DNA of 64,000 bases from a virus. The stretch covers positions 23,414 through 87,413 of the IMG/VR virus record IMGVR_UViG_3300042465_003746. The stretch is one strand, 5' to 3'. Position 1 is the first letter of the stretch, and each line of letters opens with the position of its first letter. Shown here piece by piece: positions 37,086-45,855 of the stretch. The notes under the pieces are model-generated. The model saw only the letters and a program-made list of their open reading frames with translations. It did not search any database and was not told the DNA's origin. The position numbers were made by a program, and so were the translations under genes.

Positions 37086-37397
37086 ATGGCAATTTTAATA
37101 AAATCAAACAAAGACAAGAGTATCACAATTTCAGGTACTGAGTTAACTTTAGAAAGCATTTATGCACGACTTGAATTTGCAGCGAGAGCAGACGGTAAAA
37201 CACTTGAAATAGCAGTTGTAACATACGCAAGTCAAGCAACGTATGAAAGCAACCAGCCTATCTTTACAGATGTTCAACAAGGTAGTTTTACAGTTGAGAT
37301 TTTAGATACGGAATTACAAGATATCAACGCTGCTAATAAGTACGCAAGTTTAGCATTTGAGCAACTAGGCTACACAACTGAAATTATACCAGTATAA
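37086..37397 (+). CDS. Fibre-associated protein/chaperone
   Basis: 103 aa directly after the fibre, similar codon style. Confidence 0.5.
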   Translation: MAILIKSNKDKSITISGTELTLESIYARLEFAARADGKTLEIAVVTYASQATYESNQPIFTDVQQGSFTVEILDTELQDINAANKYASLAFEQLGYTTEIIPV

Positions 37398-37399
37398 AA

Positions 37400-37837
37400 A
37401 TGAAAAAGTTAATTTACATAATAGCACTAATTGCTTTAGTTATTTCTTGTACTCCACAGAGAAGATTAGAAAGATTACTTAGAAAACATCCTGAGCTTAC
37501 TTCTATTGACTCTATTATTATTCATGATACTATTAGAGTAATAGTTCCTGAAGTACGTGTAGATACTATTGTAACACTAGAACAATTATATGATACAGTT
37601 TACTTAGAGCAAGAACAGCTTAAAGTAAAAGTGTGGATGGATAAATATCATAAAGTTTATATCCAAGGTAAATGTGATACTGTGTATATTGATAAAGTAG
37701 TTACTAGAAAAATACCAATAAGAATCTACGAAAAAACACCACTGTGGAAAAAAATCCTAAACTGGATTTTTGCACTACTATTAATTGTTACTGTCTGCGT
37801 AACATTATATAAGGTAATTAAATCAAAACTTTTTTAA
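37400..37837 (+). CDS. Putative unimolecular spanin
   Basis: Lipobox LVISC plus C-terminal TM; next to holin and endolysin. Confidence 0.7.
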   Translation: MKKLIYIIALIALVISCTPQRRLERLLRKHPELTSIDSIIIHDTIRVIVPEVRVDTIVTLEQLYDTVYLEQEQLKVKVWMDKYHKVYIQGKCDTVYIDKVVTRKIPIRIYEKTPLWKKILNWIFALLLIVTVCVTLYKVIKSKLF

Positions 37838-37838
37838 A

Positions 37839-38276
37839 ATGAAAAATTACCTAACCACTCACATCATGATTATTTTTAAAGTACTATTAGTATTTTTTGC
37901 ACCCATTTACGGAATTATAATATTAGTAGCCCTGTCAACTATTATAGACACAGGGTTTGGTTTCTGGAAAGCTAAAAAGTTAAAACAAGACATAACATCT
38001 AAAAAATGGAGATTTGGTTTTGTACCTAAAATATTAAGTTATATAGCAGCAGTAATGCTTACTTATGCATCTGACTTTTTTATAATCAATGAACTAACTA
38101 AAATGATTATTAGTGTAGAATTTTTATCTACCAAATTAATAGCTTTAATTCTTATAAGTATAGAAGTTAAAAGTATGGATGAATCATTTGTAAAAGTTAA
38201 AGGTTGGTCATTTTTAGAAAAGATTACAGGAATGCTTAGGAAAGCTAAAGACATTAAAAAAGAAATAGAAGCATGA
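37839..38276 (+). CDS. Holin
   Basis: Multi-TM, IDTGFGFWKA, IEVKSMDE, basic C-terminus. Confidence 0.8.
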   Translation: MKNYLTTHIMIIFKVLLVFFAPIYGIIILVALSTIIDTGFGFWKAKKLKQDITSKKWRFGFVPKILSYIAAVMLTYASDFFIINELTKMIISVEFLSTKLIALILISIEVKSMDESFVKVKGWSFLEKITGMLRKAKDIKKEIEA

Positions 38277-38842
38277 GTTTAACAGAAAAATATATAGAGT
38301 TTACAAAGCGTTGGGAAGGGGGATTATCTAGAGATAAGGCTGACAGCGCATCTAAGAATCCTTGTCCTACTCCTTATAAAGGTTTAGGAGGTTATCATAC
38401 TAACATTGGAATTACTTACGCAGTATGGAAAAACATGTATGGTAGTGCAAATGATGCAAGATTCTTTGCTATGAATAATGAAGATTGGTTTAATGTATTT
38501 AAAACACTTTATTGGAATACAGTAAGAGCTTCAGAGTATACTTCACAAAATGTTGCAATATTTGTGACAGGTATGGCGTGGGGAAGTGGTAAGAAACAAG
38601 CAGTAACTTCTTTACAACAAGCAATTCTTAACTGTGGTATTAAAGTAGATAAAGATGGGGTACTTGGTAATAAAACTATTGCTGCAGCTAATAGTATTCC
38701 ACCACAAGTATTGTTTGATGCATTAACTACAGAGAGAGAAAGATTCTTTAGATATATAGGAAGACCAGGGAGTAAGAATGCTAAGTTCCTTAAAGGTTGG
38801 TTAAATAGATTAGCAGATTATAAAAAAACATTTAGACCATGA
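38273..38842 (+). CDS. Endolysin, GH108 with peptidoglycan-binding domain
   Basis: WEGG, TNIGIT, DGVLGNKT, KFLKGWLNR. Confidence 0.88.
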   Translation: MSLTEKYIEFTKRWEGGLSRDKADSASKNPCPTPYKGLGGYHTNIGITYAVWKNMYGSANDARFFAMNNEDWFNVFKTLYWNTVRASEYTSQNVAIFVTGMAWGSGKKQAVTSLQQAILNCGIKVDKDGVLGNKTIAAANSIPPQVLFDALTTERERFFRYIGRPGSKNAKFLKGWLNRLADYKKTFRP

Positions 38843-38997
38843 AATTTAGAAACAATTGGAGAATAAAACATAAGCAATGGGATAAATTATCTATTCGAGT
38901 TAGAGTAGGTAAATTAGATATCTTAACTGTTGAAGTAGATAAATCTAAATCTTTCTACATGCTTACCGTGTGTAATTTTACTATTAAAAATAGATAA
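38839..38997 (+). CDS. Small hypothetical protein (52 aa)
   Basis: MKFRNNWRIKHKQWDKLSIRVRVG...; ATGA-coupled to the endolysin. Confidence 0.65.
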   Translation: MKFRNNWRIKHKQWDKLSIRVRVGKLDILTVEVDKSKSFYMLTVCNFTIKNR

Positions 38998-38999
38998 TT

Positions 39000-39140
39000 A
39001 TGGCAAGAGTTAAAGAAGGTGGAATAGGTCGCATGTCTGCTACTAAGATATCTAGACCTAACATTCATGCTAAAACTAAGACTTCAAAATCTAAGACTTC
39101 TAAAAATTATAAGAAGGGCTACGGTGGGCAAGGTCGTTAA
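39000..39140 (+). CDS. Small basic protein (46 aa)
   Basis: MARVKEGG...SKNYKKGYGGQGR. Confidence 0.7.
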   Translation: MARVKEGGIGRMSATKISRPNIHAKTKTSKSKTSKNYKKGYGGQGR

Positions 39141-39155
39141 TTAATAAATTTAGTG

Positions 39156-39163
39156 TATCTTTG
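39156..39163 (+). promoter_or_regulatory. -7 box TATCTTTG
   Basis: Exact TAnnTTTG, 5 nt before ATG. Confidence 0.7.
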
Positions 39164-39168
39164 TTATT

Positions 39169-39909
39169 ATGTTATCACTACAGGATTTACAAGCACAAAT
39201 AGATGAAGCTCTTGCGATTAACTCCATAGAGTCATCTTACTCATATGAGTTTTACACAGACTTAATTAATGAGCAGAGATCTTTATGGCTAAGAAATGAG
39301 TATAACAAAAATAGAAGTATTGACCCTTACGTAGTTCAAGACTTAAATTGTCTAGAATTAGAAATAGTAAGTCCTATTGATTGTTGTATAACCGTTCCTA
39401 CTGGGTGCCAAGTACTACGAACTAAAAAGAAAATACCTAATACTATTGAATTCTTTTTTAATAAAGGAATAGTTACAGTTGGGCCTGCTGACATAATGCA
39501 ACCTAGATTTCTTTTAATAGATTATTCTAGAGTTCCCTATGTAGGCAACGGAAGAACAACTAAGAATTCTATATATGCTTTCTTATACGGAGGCTATATG
39601 TATGTTACTAGTAAAAATTCTAGTAGTATGATGATGAAATATCTTACTATTAGAGGAATTTTTGAAGACCCTACATCTTTAGGAGACTTTATGAATTGTC
39701 AAACTAATAATAGTTGTTGGTCGCCATCAGACCCTTATCCAATAAATCAATGGATGTGGGCATATATTAAACCTTATATATTACAACAGTTGATTCAGAA
39801 AGGAAGTTTTCCATATGATAATGCTAATAACGCACAAGATCAAAGAACAGATTCTCCAAGCCAAGGAGGTGGAGGAGGACCACAACAACAACAAGGTGGA
39901 AAACAATAA
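39169..39909 (+). CDS. Tail ring protein
   Basis: LRTKKKIPN, IRGIFEDP; crAss-like synteny before IHF-like, ring and muzzle genes. Confidence 0.7.
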   Translation: MLSLQDLQAQIDEALAINSIESSYSYEFYTDLINEQRSLWLRNEYNKNRSIDPYVVQDLNCLELEIVSPIDCCITVPTGCQVLRTKKKIPNTIEFFFNKGIVTVGPADIMQPRFLLIDYSRVPYVGNGRTTKNSIYAFLYGGYMYVTSKNSSSMMMKYLTIRGIFEDPTSLGDFMNCQTNNSCWSPSDPYPINQWMWAYIKPYILQQLIQKGSFPYDNANNAQDQRTDSPSQGGGGGPQQQQGGKQ

Positions 39910-40438
39910 TACATATTTAAAAAGAGGCAAAGGAAGATTGGCAGGTGGAGTTAAAAAAGCTGCTTTTTTTTCTTTTTATAAAAAGAATGCAAAAGAAACT
40001 GTAATTGATCAAGTAACTTACAATGCTTTTATAAAAGATTTATTAGAAACTTATAGTACAGCAATTGTAGAAACAGGATTAGAATTAAAAATTACTAAAG
40101 TAGGAAAATTAAGAATACGCAGTAGTCATCTTAATTTTTTTAAAGCAAATGGAGAAAGATCTAAAAGTCTTAAACCAAATTGGAAAGCAACTTGGGAATT
40201 TTGGTTAACTAAATACCCAGGATTAACTAGAGATGAGATTGTAAATACAACTAATAAAAGAGTTATATATCATGAAAATGAACATACGGATCAAGAATTC
40301 TATGAGCATTATTGGGATAAAATAACTTCTAATTTAAAATTTAAGAGTTTTTATATTTTTAAAGCTTCTAGACAATACTCTAGATTAATAGCTAAGACAG
40401 TAAAAGACCCTAACAGAAAAGTATTTTATTATGGATAA
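39815..40438 (+). CDS. IHF-like protein of the tail module
   Basis: LELKITKVGKLRIR, YHENEHTD, FKASRQYSR; start uncertain (possibly GTG near 39895). Confidence 0.65.
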   Translation: MIMLITHKIKEQILQAKEVEEDHNNNKVENNNTYLKRGKGRLAGGVKKAAFFSFYKKNAKETVIDQVTYNAFIKDLLETYSTAIVETGLELKITKVGKLRIRSSHLNFFKANGERSKSLKPNWKATWEFWLTKYPGLTRDEIVNTTNKRVIYHENEHTDQEFYEHYWDKITSNLKFKSFYIFKASRQYSRLIAKTVKDPNRKVFYYG

Positions 40439-40709
40439 CGAAGCAATGGAAAACGAAGGTTCTTCTAAAGGAGTAGAATCAGTAGTAAAGATAACTCGTA
40501 AGGAGTTTGAGGACGGTAGTCATGAAGAAACTAAAGTAGAGCAAGTAGACGGAGGCTTTATCAAAACTATCTGTAAAAGATATAAAGATAAAGACGGATG
40601 CTGGCAATATTCAGATGAAAAGTCTGTAAGTGTAGAAGACCCAAACAAAGATATTTCTTCTGGAGGTATCGCAAGTAGATTAGAGAGCATACTTAAAAAC
40701 TTAGAATAA
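40431..40709 (+). CDS. Hypothetical protein
   Basis: 92 aa coupled ORF. Confidence 0.65.
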   Translation: MDNEAMENEGSSKGVESVVKITRKEFEDGSHEETKVEQVDGGFIKTICKRYKDKDGCWQYSDEKSVSVEDPNKDISSGGIASRLESILKNLE

Positions 40710-41548
40710 TGTACGCAGGAAAGACCGTTTCATATAAAGCAATCCTTGATAAATGTATCAGGGATTTTGGCTTTAACTATGATATCCATGAAGAAGAAGG
40801 GGTTGAATGGTTAGCAGAATTTATGGCTCACACTAACGTAGGTGTGACTATGGAGGAGAATATTGCTTATATTGAAATATGTGACGGACGAGGTGACCTA
40901 CCATTTGACTTATACAAAATAGGACAAGTGGCTCATATTACTGGTGTTCAAACTATTGAAGAAGCAGAATGTGGAGCAGGTAAAATGTATCCAATGCGTT
41001 GGAAGACTGACTACTTTCACAAAAGATATCATCGTGATGAAAGAGATTATACTACTGAGTCTCGTGAAACTTACACAGTTGGCCAAGGATACATTTTCCC
41101 ATCAATGAATGACGGTATACTTGCAATGTCTTATTCGGCCATTCCTACAGACGATTGTGGCTATCCTACTATTCCTGCAGAACAACAATGGTTAGAAGCA
41201 GGAGCACATTATATTGCACATAAAATAGCTAGAAAACTTTGGATACGCAACGAATTAGCTGCCGATAAATTCCAAATTATAGAAAGAGATAGAGATTGGT
41301 ATTTTGCTCAAGCAGTAAATCATGCTAAACAATGGCATAACGTAGATGAAGCAGAAAGTGTTAAGAATAGTGTAGTAAGAACTATTCCTGATATACAAGC
41401 TCACGCTTCTTTCTTTGCTAATATGCAGTTACCTGAACAACGTAAATTTAGACCAAAAGCAGGAGTCGCTCTTGTGTCTACAATAAATGTATTAACATCA
41501 AATGGCCAAGGCCCTAATCCAGCAACTGTAATACCATCTAATACATAA
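40709..41548 (+). CDS. Tail tubular/ring protein
   Basis: GRGDLPFDL, YSAIPTDDCGYPTIP; directly before muzzle. Confidence 0.75.
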   Translation: MYAGKTVSYKAILDKCIRDFGFNYDIHEEEGVEWLAEFMAHTNVGVTMEENIAYIEICDGRGDLPFDLYKIGQVAHITGVQTIEEAECGAGKMYPMRWKTDYFHKRYHRDERDYTTESRETYTVGQGYIFPSMNDGILAMSYSAIPTDDCGYPTIPAEQQWLEAGAHYIAHKIARKLWIRNELAADKFQIIERDRDWYFAQAVNHAKQWHNVDEAESVKNSVVRTIPDIQAHASFFANMQLPEQRKFRPKAGVALVSTINVLTSNGQGPNPATVIPSNT

Positions 41549-41550
41549 TA

Positions 41551-44500
41551 ATGGAAAGACAAATTAATGCATATCAAGGGATAAATAAGGATGCTGGATA
41601 TGATAGCATCCCTAATACTCATTACGTTAATGCCGTAGATATTAGAATAACTACGACTACGGGAGAATCTATGGGGTCTTTTACTAACATTAAAGGAAAT
41701 GTAGAATCTTTTTCTATACCACAAATAGGCGTAGGATTATCAGAAATAATTGGTTATACTACAATAAGAGATAAGATTATTTTATTTGTAGCAGATGACT
41801 CAGGCATTGGAGGTTGGATTTATTTAGTAAAATATGACCCTGCTACTAGAATAGTGGACACTGCCATATATCCAGAATTATTATATACGGCTCCAGAATT
41901 AAATTTTAATAAAACACAGCCTATAGAAGCTATAGGAAGATTTGAATCAGAGTGTATTCAAAGAGTTTATTGGACAGATTACGAGAATTACTTAAGATCA
42001 ATTAATATTGCTGACCCTAACATTCTTACCTTTGACCCTAACATAATAGATATTTTTCCTGCTGTAACTTACCAACAACCTTTATTAACAGCTATTTTAG
42101 GAAGTGGAAGTTTATTAGTAGGAGAATACCAAGTTGCATATTTACTACGCACAGAAGATGGAAAAGAAACATTAGTTTCTCCTCCAAGTAACTTAATACA
42201 TCTTACAGATACTTCTGAAGCCTTAGTACAATCTGCCCAATATCGAGGAAATATTAAAGGAACTAATTCTGGAAAAGCTATTCAAATAACTATAGATACT
42301 AGTGCTTACGTAGGAGTTTTTAAAGAGATGGATATTATTTCTGTATTTCACGAAGACTTAGGAGGTACACCAGAAGTTACTTATATAGAAACTAAAGATG
42401 TAGTAGGAAGTTCTTTAGAATTTACTATAACAGGAAATGAAACAGGTAGTTATCCTATTGAATTTTTTACTTATACTCTAAAGAATTACCCTTTTAAAAC
42501 TTGTAAAACTCTTACACAAAAAGATAATTCATTAGTAGTAGCTAATATTAAAGCATCTACTTTTGATTTACAAGCATTAATTCCAGGAATCTTTGATGCA
42601 AAAACTAAAAGATATAACTATTTAGGTAATGATTGGAATACTGAGAATCCCGTAGGACCAGTTAAAACAGAATTAGATTTAGCATTTAATACTAATTATA
42701 ATTTAGATGCTCATTGGGATTCTGATTGGCAGGTAAACGAACAATATAAATATCAATCTGACGGAATTACCTTGGGAGGAGAAGGTCCTAATATTAGTTA
42801 TAAATTTCATTTAGAGAAATTTACTGTAGATGGGAATAATACTGAAGTAGGATTTGCTAATATATCTAATATACCAGATTATTTTTCTCATGATTTACAA
42901 GATGGTTATAATTACAATAATACTACTTACCCCAACAACGCCTCACCTTTTATTTCAGGATTACTAAGAGGATACAAGCGTGGGGAAACTTATAGATTTG
43001 GTATAATCTTTTATAACGTAAAAGGAGAAGCTTCTTTTGTTGAATATATAGGAGATATTAAATTCCCTGATATTTCTGAACAAGATGGAGATATTAATGC
43101 ATCAGGTTCTGAGTATTGGCCATTAAGTACTCAAAGTGGATTAGACACTATAGCATATTCTATGGGAATAGAATTTACATTTAATTTTCCTCCAGAATTA
43201 GTAGATATTGTTACTAGCTATCAAGTAGTAAGACTTAAAAGAAATATAGAAGATACTAGAAGACTTACTCAAGGAATTGTAAAGCCTTTTTGGTATAATC
43301 CTATAACAGAGCCTGGAGCAAGTATGAATATTGACTTACGAGTTAATAATAGTCATAATGTTTATCATTTAATGCCTGTATATCCTCAAGATGATGGTGC
43401 AGGATATATTTTAGCATTTTTAAATCCAGGAACATTTAATACATTAAATAATAGTGTACATGGAGATTATCAAGATTACCTTATACAACCAGAATGTTTA
43501 GGATATTATTCTCCCGAAATAAGTTATGATTTTAATACAGTAAAAGATGTAGCTACTAATTTTACTACAGCTCCTTGTTTATTAATTACAGGAGCATATA
43601 ATAAATTTGATTTACAAATTTATGACGATACTCCCGATAAAAATTTAAGTGCAATAGATTTATCGGAACACTGCATAGATAAAAGAAATATCGCTAGAAG
43701 TACTATTCCCGTTAGTTTTAACAGCATAGAAAATATTAGAAAATGGAAAACTAATAAATATATGAGCATGCCTCATAGTACACAATATGGAAAAAATACT
43801 CCTGAATGTGCTATGACAATTGCTACAGATGTTTGGTTACGAAACTATTATGCTGCAGATAACTTTAGTATAGGGGGAGCAGGGATGGATTCTGATTTAA
43901 ATAATCCAGAATTAAATCCAACAACTGCTCAAGGTAAATCTATTATTTTTAAAGGAGGTAGTAGTATAATAGGAGATATAGAAGGAATTACTGTAGACCC
44001 TATAACAGGTATTCCTGTGCCTATGGGACCTTCTACAAATTATTTTAATACTCCTAATACAGTAGTCACATTAGATTTAAGTAAATTACCTGATAGTATC
44101 CCTATTATAGATACATTAACACCTAAATTAGAAATTTATGGAGGATTTGATCAATCTGTTTTAGAGACAAATATATTTCAAATAACTTCTCCTGTAATAG
44201 ATATAAGTCAAACAAATCCTAGAGTATTTGGTGGAGATATTTTCTTAAACATGGTGACTATGCAAACTGGTACTATGGAATTAGCTACTAGTTTTTATGA
44301 AAATCCAACAAGAGATTATCGTTCTAATTCCTCTAGAACAGAATTATATGTGATGGAATCTACTATAAACATAGATTTAGCACATGGTACTACCCTTAAG
44401 ACAGGAGTTAGATATTTAGAAACAGGAGTTGAAGAAGTGGTGTTACGCCAAGAAACTAATAACACTGATTTTGGTTATGGTGTAGGAACTGCTATGTATG

Positions 44501-45855
44501 CTTATAATACTGTATATTCTAGAGAGAGTGAAGATTTAGCTTTTGGAGTTAGTCCCCTAGATAATACCAATTGTGGAGGTAATGATATTAGAGCTTATTT
44601 ATCCAAAGTAAAAATTAATGGAGAACTTATAGATTCCTGGACGAAGTTCGGAAGTAATGATTACTATGATGTAGATGACTACGGTCCCATTAATAAAATA
44701 CTTAACTGGAAGGATTTAGTATATTTCATACAAGATAAAGGAGTAGGGACTTATGCAATTAACCCTAGAGCTCTTACTACTAGTACTGATGGAGTTCCTA
44801 CACAATTAGGGGCAGGACAAGGATTTGGAAAACATTTATATATTTCTAAAGAACACGGTAGTATTCATCAATATGGAGTTAAGGCAACTAATACTGCTAT
44901 TTATTTCTTTGATGCAATTCATAGAAAATTATTTAGTATAGGAGTTGGAGCAAGGGGAGAATCAGGATTAGTTCCTTTATCAGAAAAAGGAATCCATAGT
45001 TTTCTTCAAACTTTACCTGAAGCAGTTTTTAGTAGAAAAGCTGATGGAGGAGATAATCCTATTTTAAGAAAAGGAATTTCAATAGGAAGAGATAAAATAA
45101 ATGATGAAATATTATTTACTTTCTTAGGAACAGGTATAGCTAGAACACTTGAATTAGAAACTACATATTTAGTAGGAGAAATTGTACTTGTTTATATTAC
45201 GGGAGTTTATTATATAGTAACTAATGAATTTACTACAGGAGAAGACCCTTTTACAGCAATAGGACAATTAGTTGCTAATAGTGATAAATTATCAGATTTA
45301 ACCTCTCCTTATAATAGTACAATAGTTTATGATGAATTATTATCTGAATTTTCTTCTATGTATTCTGCAACTCCTCAAATATGGATAGACAACGGAGATA
45401 TATTAATGACTCCTGGACCTATTAATAGCGGAGGTGATCTTAATGTTTATACTCATAATATAGGAAATTGGGGAGAATTTTATGGAGATATTAAAGAAGC
45501 TTCTATTACTTTAGTAATTAATCCCAATGCAGATATAAATAAAGTCTTAAGAACTTTAGAATATAATTCTATTGTTAGAGACAATAATAAAATAGTAGAT
45601 AGGGCAGCAACTATTACTGCTTTTAGAATTCAAAATCAAACTCAAGATACAGGAATTATTCCTTTTTCTTCGGGAAGAATTAAAAGAAAATTTGATAAGT
45701 GGAGAGTTAAAATCCCTAGAGATATAACTACTACTAGTCAAAAGGGAAGATTGAGAAGTTCTTATTTTGTTATAACTTTATACTTTGATAATACTTCTAA
45801 CAAAGAACTTATAATGAATAAGTTAATGTCTTACTACGATGTACAAATGTTCTAA
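41551..45855 (+). CDS. Tail muzzle/stabilisation protein
   Basis: 1434 aa; NIKGN, VYWTD, GYKRGETYRFGI, FGGDIF, KRKFDKWR. Confidence 0.85.
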   Translation: MERQINAYQGINKDAGYDSIPNTHYVNAVDIRITTTTGESMGSFTNIKGNVESFSIPQIGVGLSEIIGYTTIRDKIILFVADDSGIGGWIYLVKYDPATRIVDTAIYPELLYTAPELNFNKTQPIEAIGRFESECIQRVYWTDYENYLRSINIADPNILTFDPNIIDIFPAVTYQQPLLTAILGSGSLLVGEYQVAYLLRTEDGKETLVSPPSNLIHLTDTSEALVQSAQYRGNIKGTNSGKAIQITIDTSAYVGVFKEMDIISVFHEDLGGTPEVTYIETKDVVGSSLEFTITGNETGSYPIEFFTYTLKNYPFKTCKTLTQKDNSLVVANIKASTFDLQALIPGIFDAKTKRYNYLGNDWNTENPVGPVKTELDLAFNTNYNLDAHWDSDWQVNEQYKYQSDGITLGGEGPNISYKFHLEKFTVDGNNTEVGFANISNIPDYFSHDLQDGYNYNNTTYPNNASPFISGLLRGYKRGETYRFGIIFYNVKGEASFVEYIGDIKFPDISEQDGDINASGSEYWPLSTQSGLDTIAYSMGIEFTFNFPPELVDIVTSYQVVRLKRNIEDTRRLTQGIVKPFWYNPITEPGASMNIDLRVNNSHNVYHLMPVYPQDDGAGYILAFLNPGTFNTLNNSVHGDYQDYLIQPECLGYYSPEISYDFNTVKDVATNFTTAPCLLITGAYNKFDLQIYDDTPDKNLSAIDLSEHCIDKRNIARSTIPVSFNSIENIRKWKTNKYMSMPHSTQYGKNTPECAMTIATDVWLRNYYAADNFSIGGAGMDSDLNNPELNPTTAQGKSIIFKGGSSIIGDIEGITVDPITGIPVPMGPSTNYFNTPNTVVTLDLSKLPDSIPIIDTLTPKLEIYGGFDQSVLETNIFQITSPVIDISQTNPRVFGGDIFLNMVTMQTGTMELATSFYENPTRDYRSNSSRTELYVMESTINIDLAHGTTLKTGVRYLETGVEEVVLRQETNNTDFGYGVGTAMYAYNTVYSRESEDLAFGVSPLDNTNCGGNDIRAYLSKVKINGELIDSWTKFGSNDYYDVDDYGPINKILNWKDLVYFIQDKGVGTYAINPRALTTSTDGVPTQLGAGQGFGKHLYISKEHGSIHQYGVKATNTAIYFFDAIHRKLFSIGVGARGESGLVPLSEKGIHSFLQTLPEAVFSRKADGGDNPILRKGISIGRDKINDEILFTFLGTGIARTLELETTYLVGEIVLVYITGVYYIVTNEFTTGEDPFTAIGQLVANSDKLSDLTSPYNSTIVYDELLSEFSSMYSATPQIWIDNGDILMTPGPINSGGDLNVYTHNIGNWGEFYGDIKEASITLVINPNADINKVLRTLEYNSIVRDNNKIVDRAATITAFRIQNQTQDTGIIPFSSGRIKRKFDKWRVKIPRDITTTSQKGRLRSSYFVITLYFDNTSNKELIMNKLMSYYDVQMF

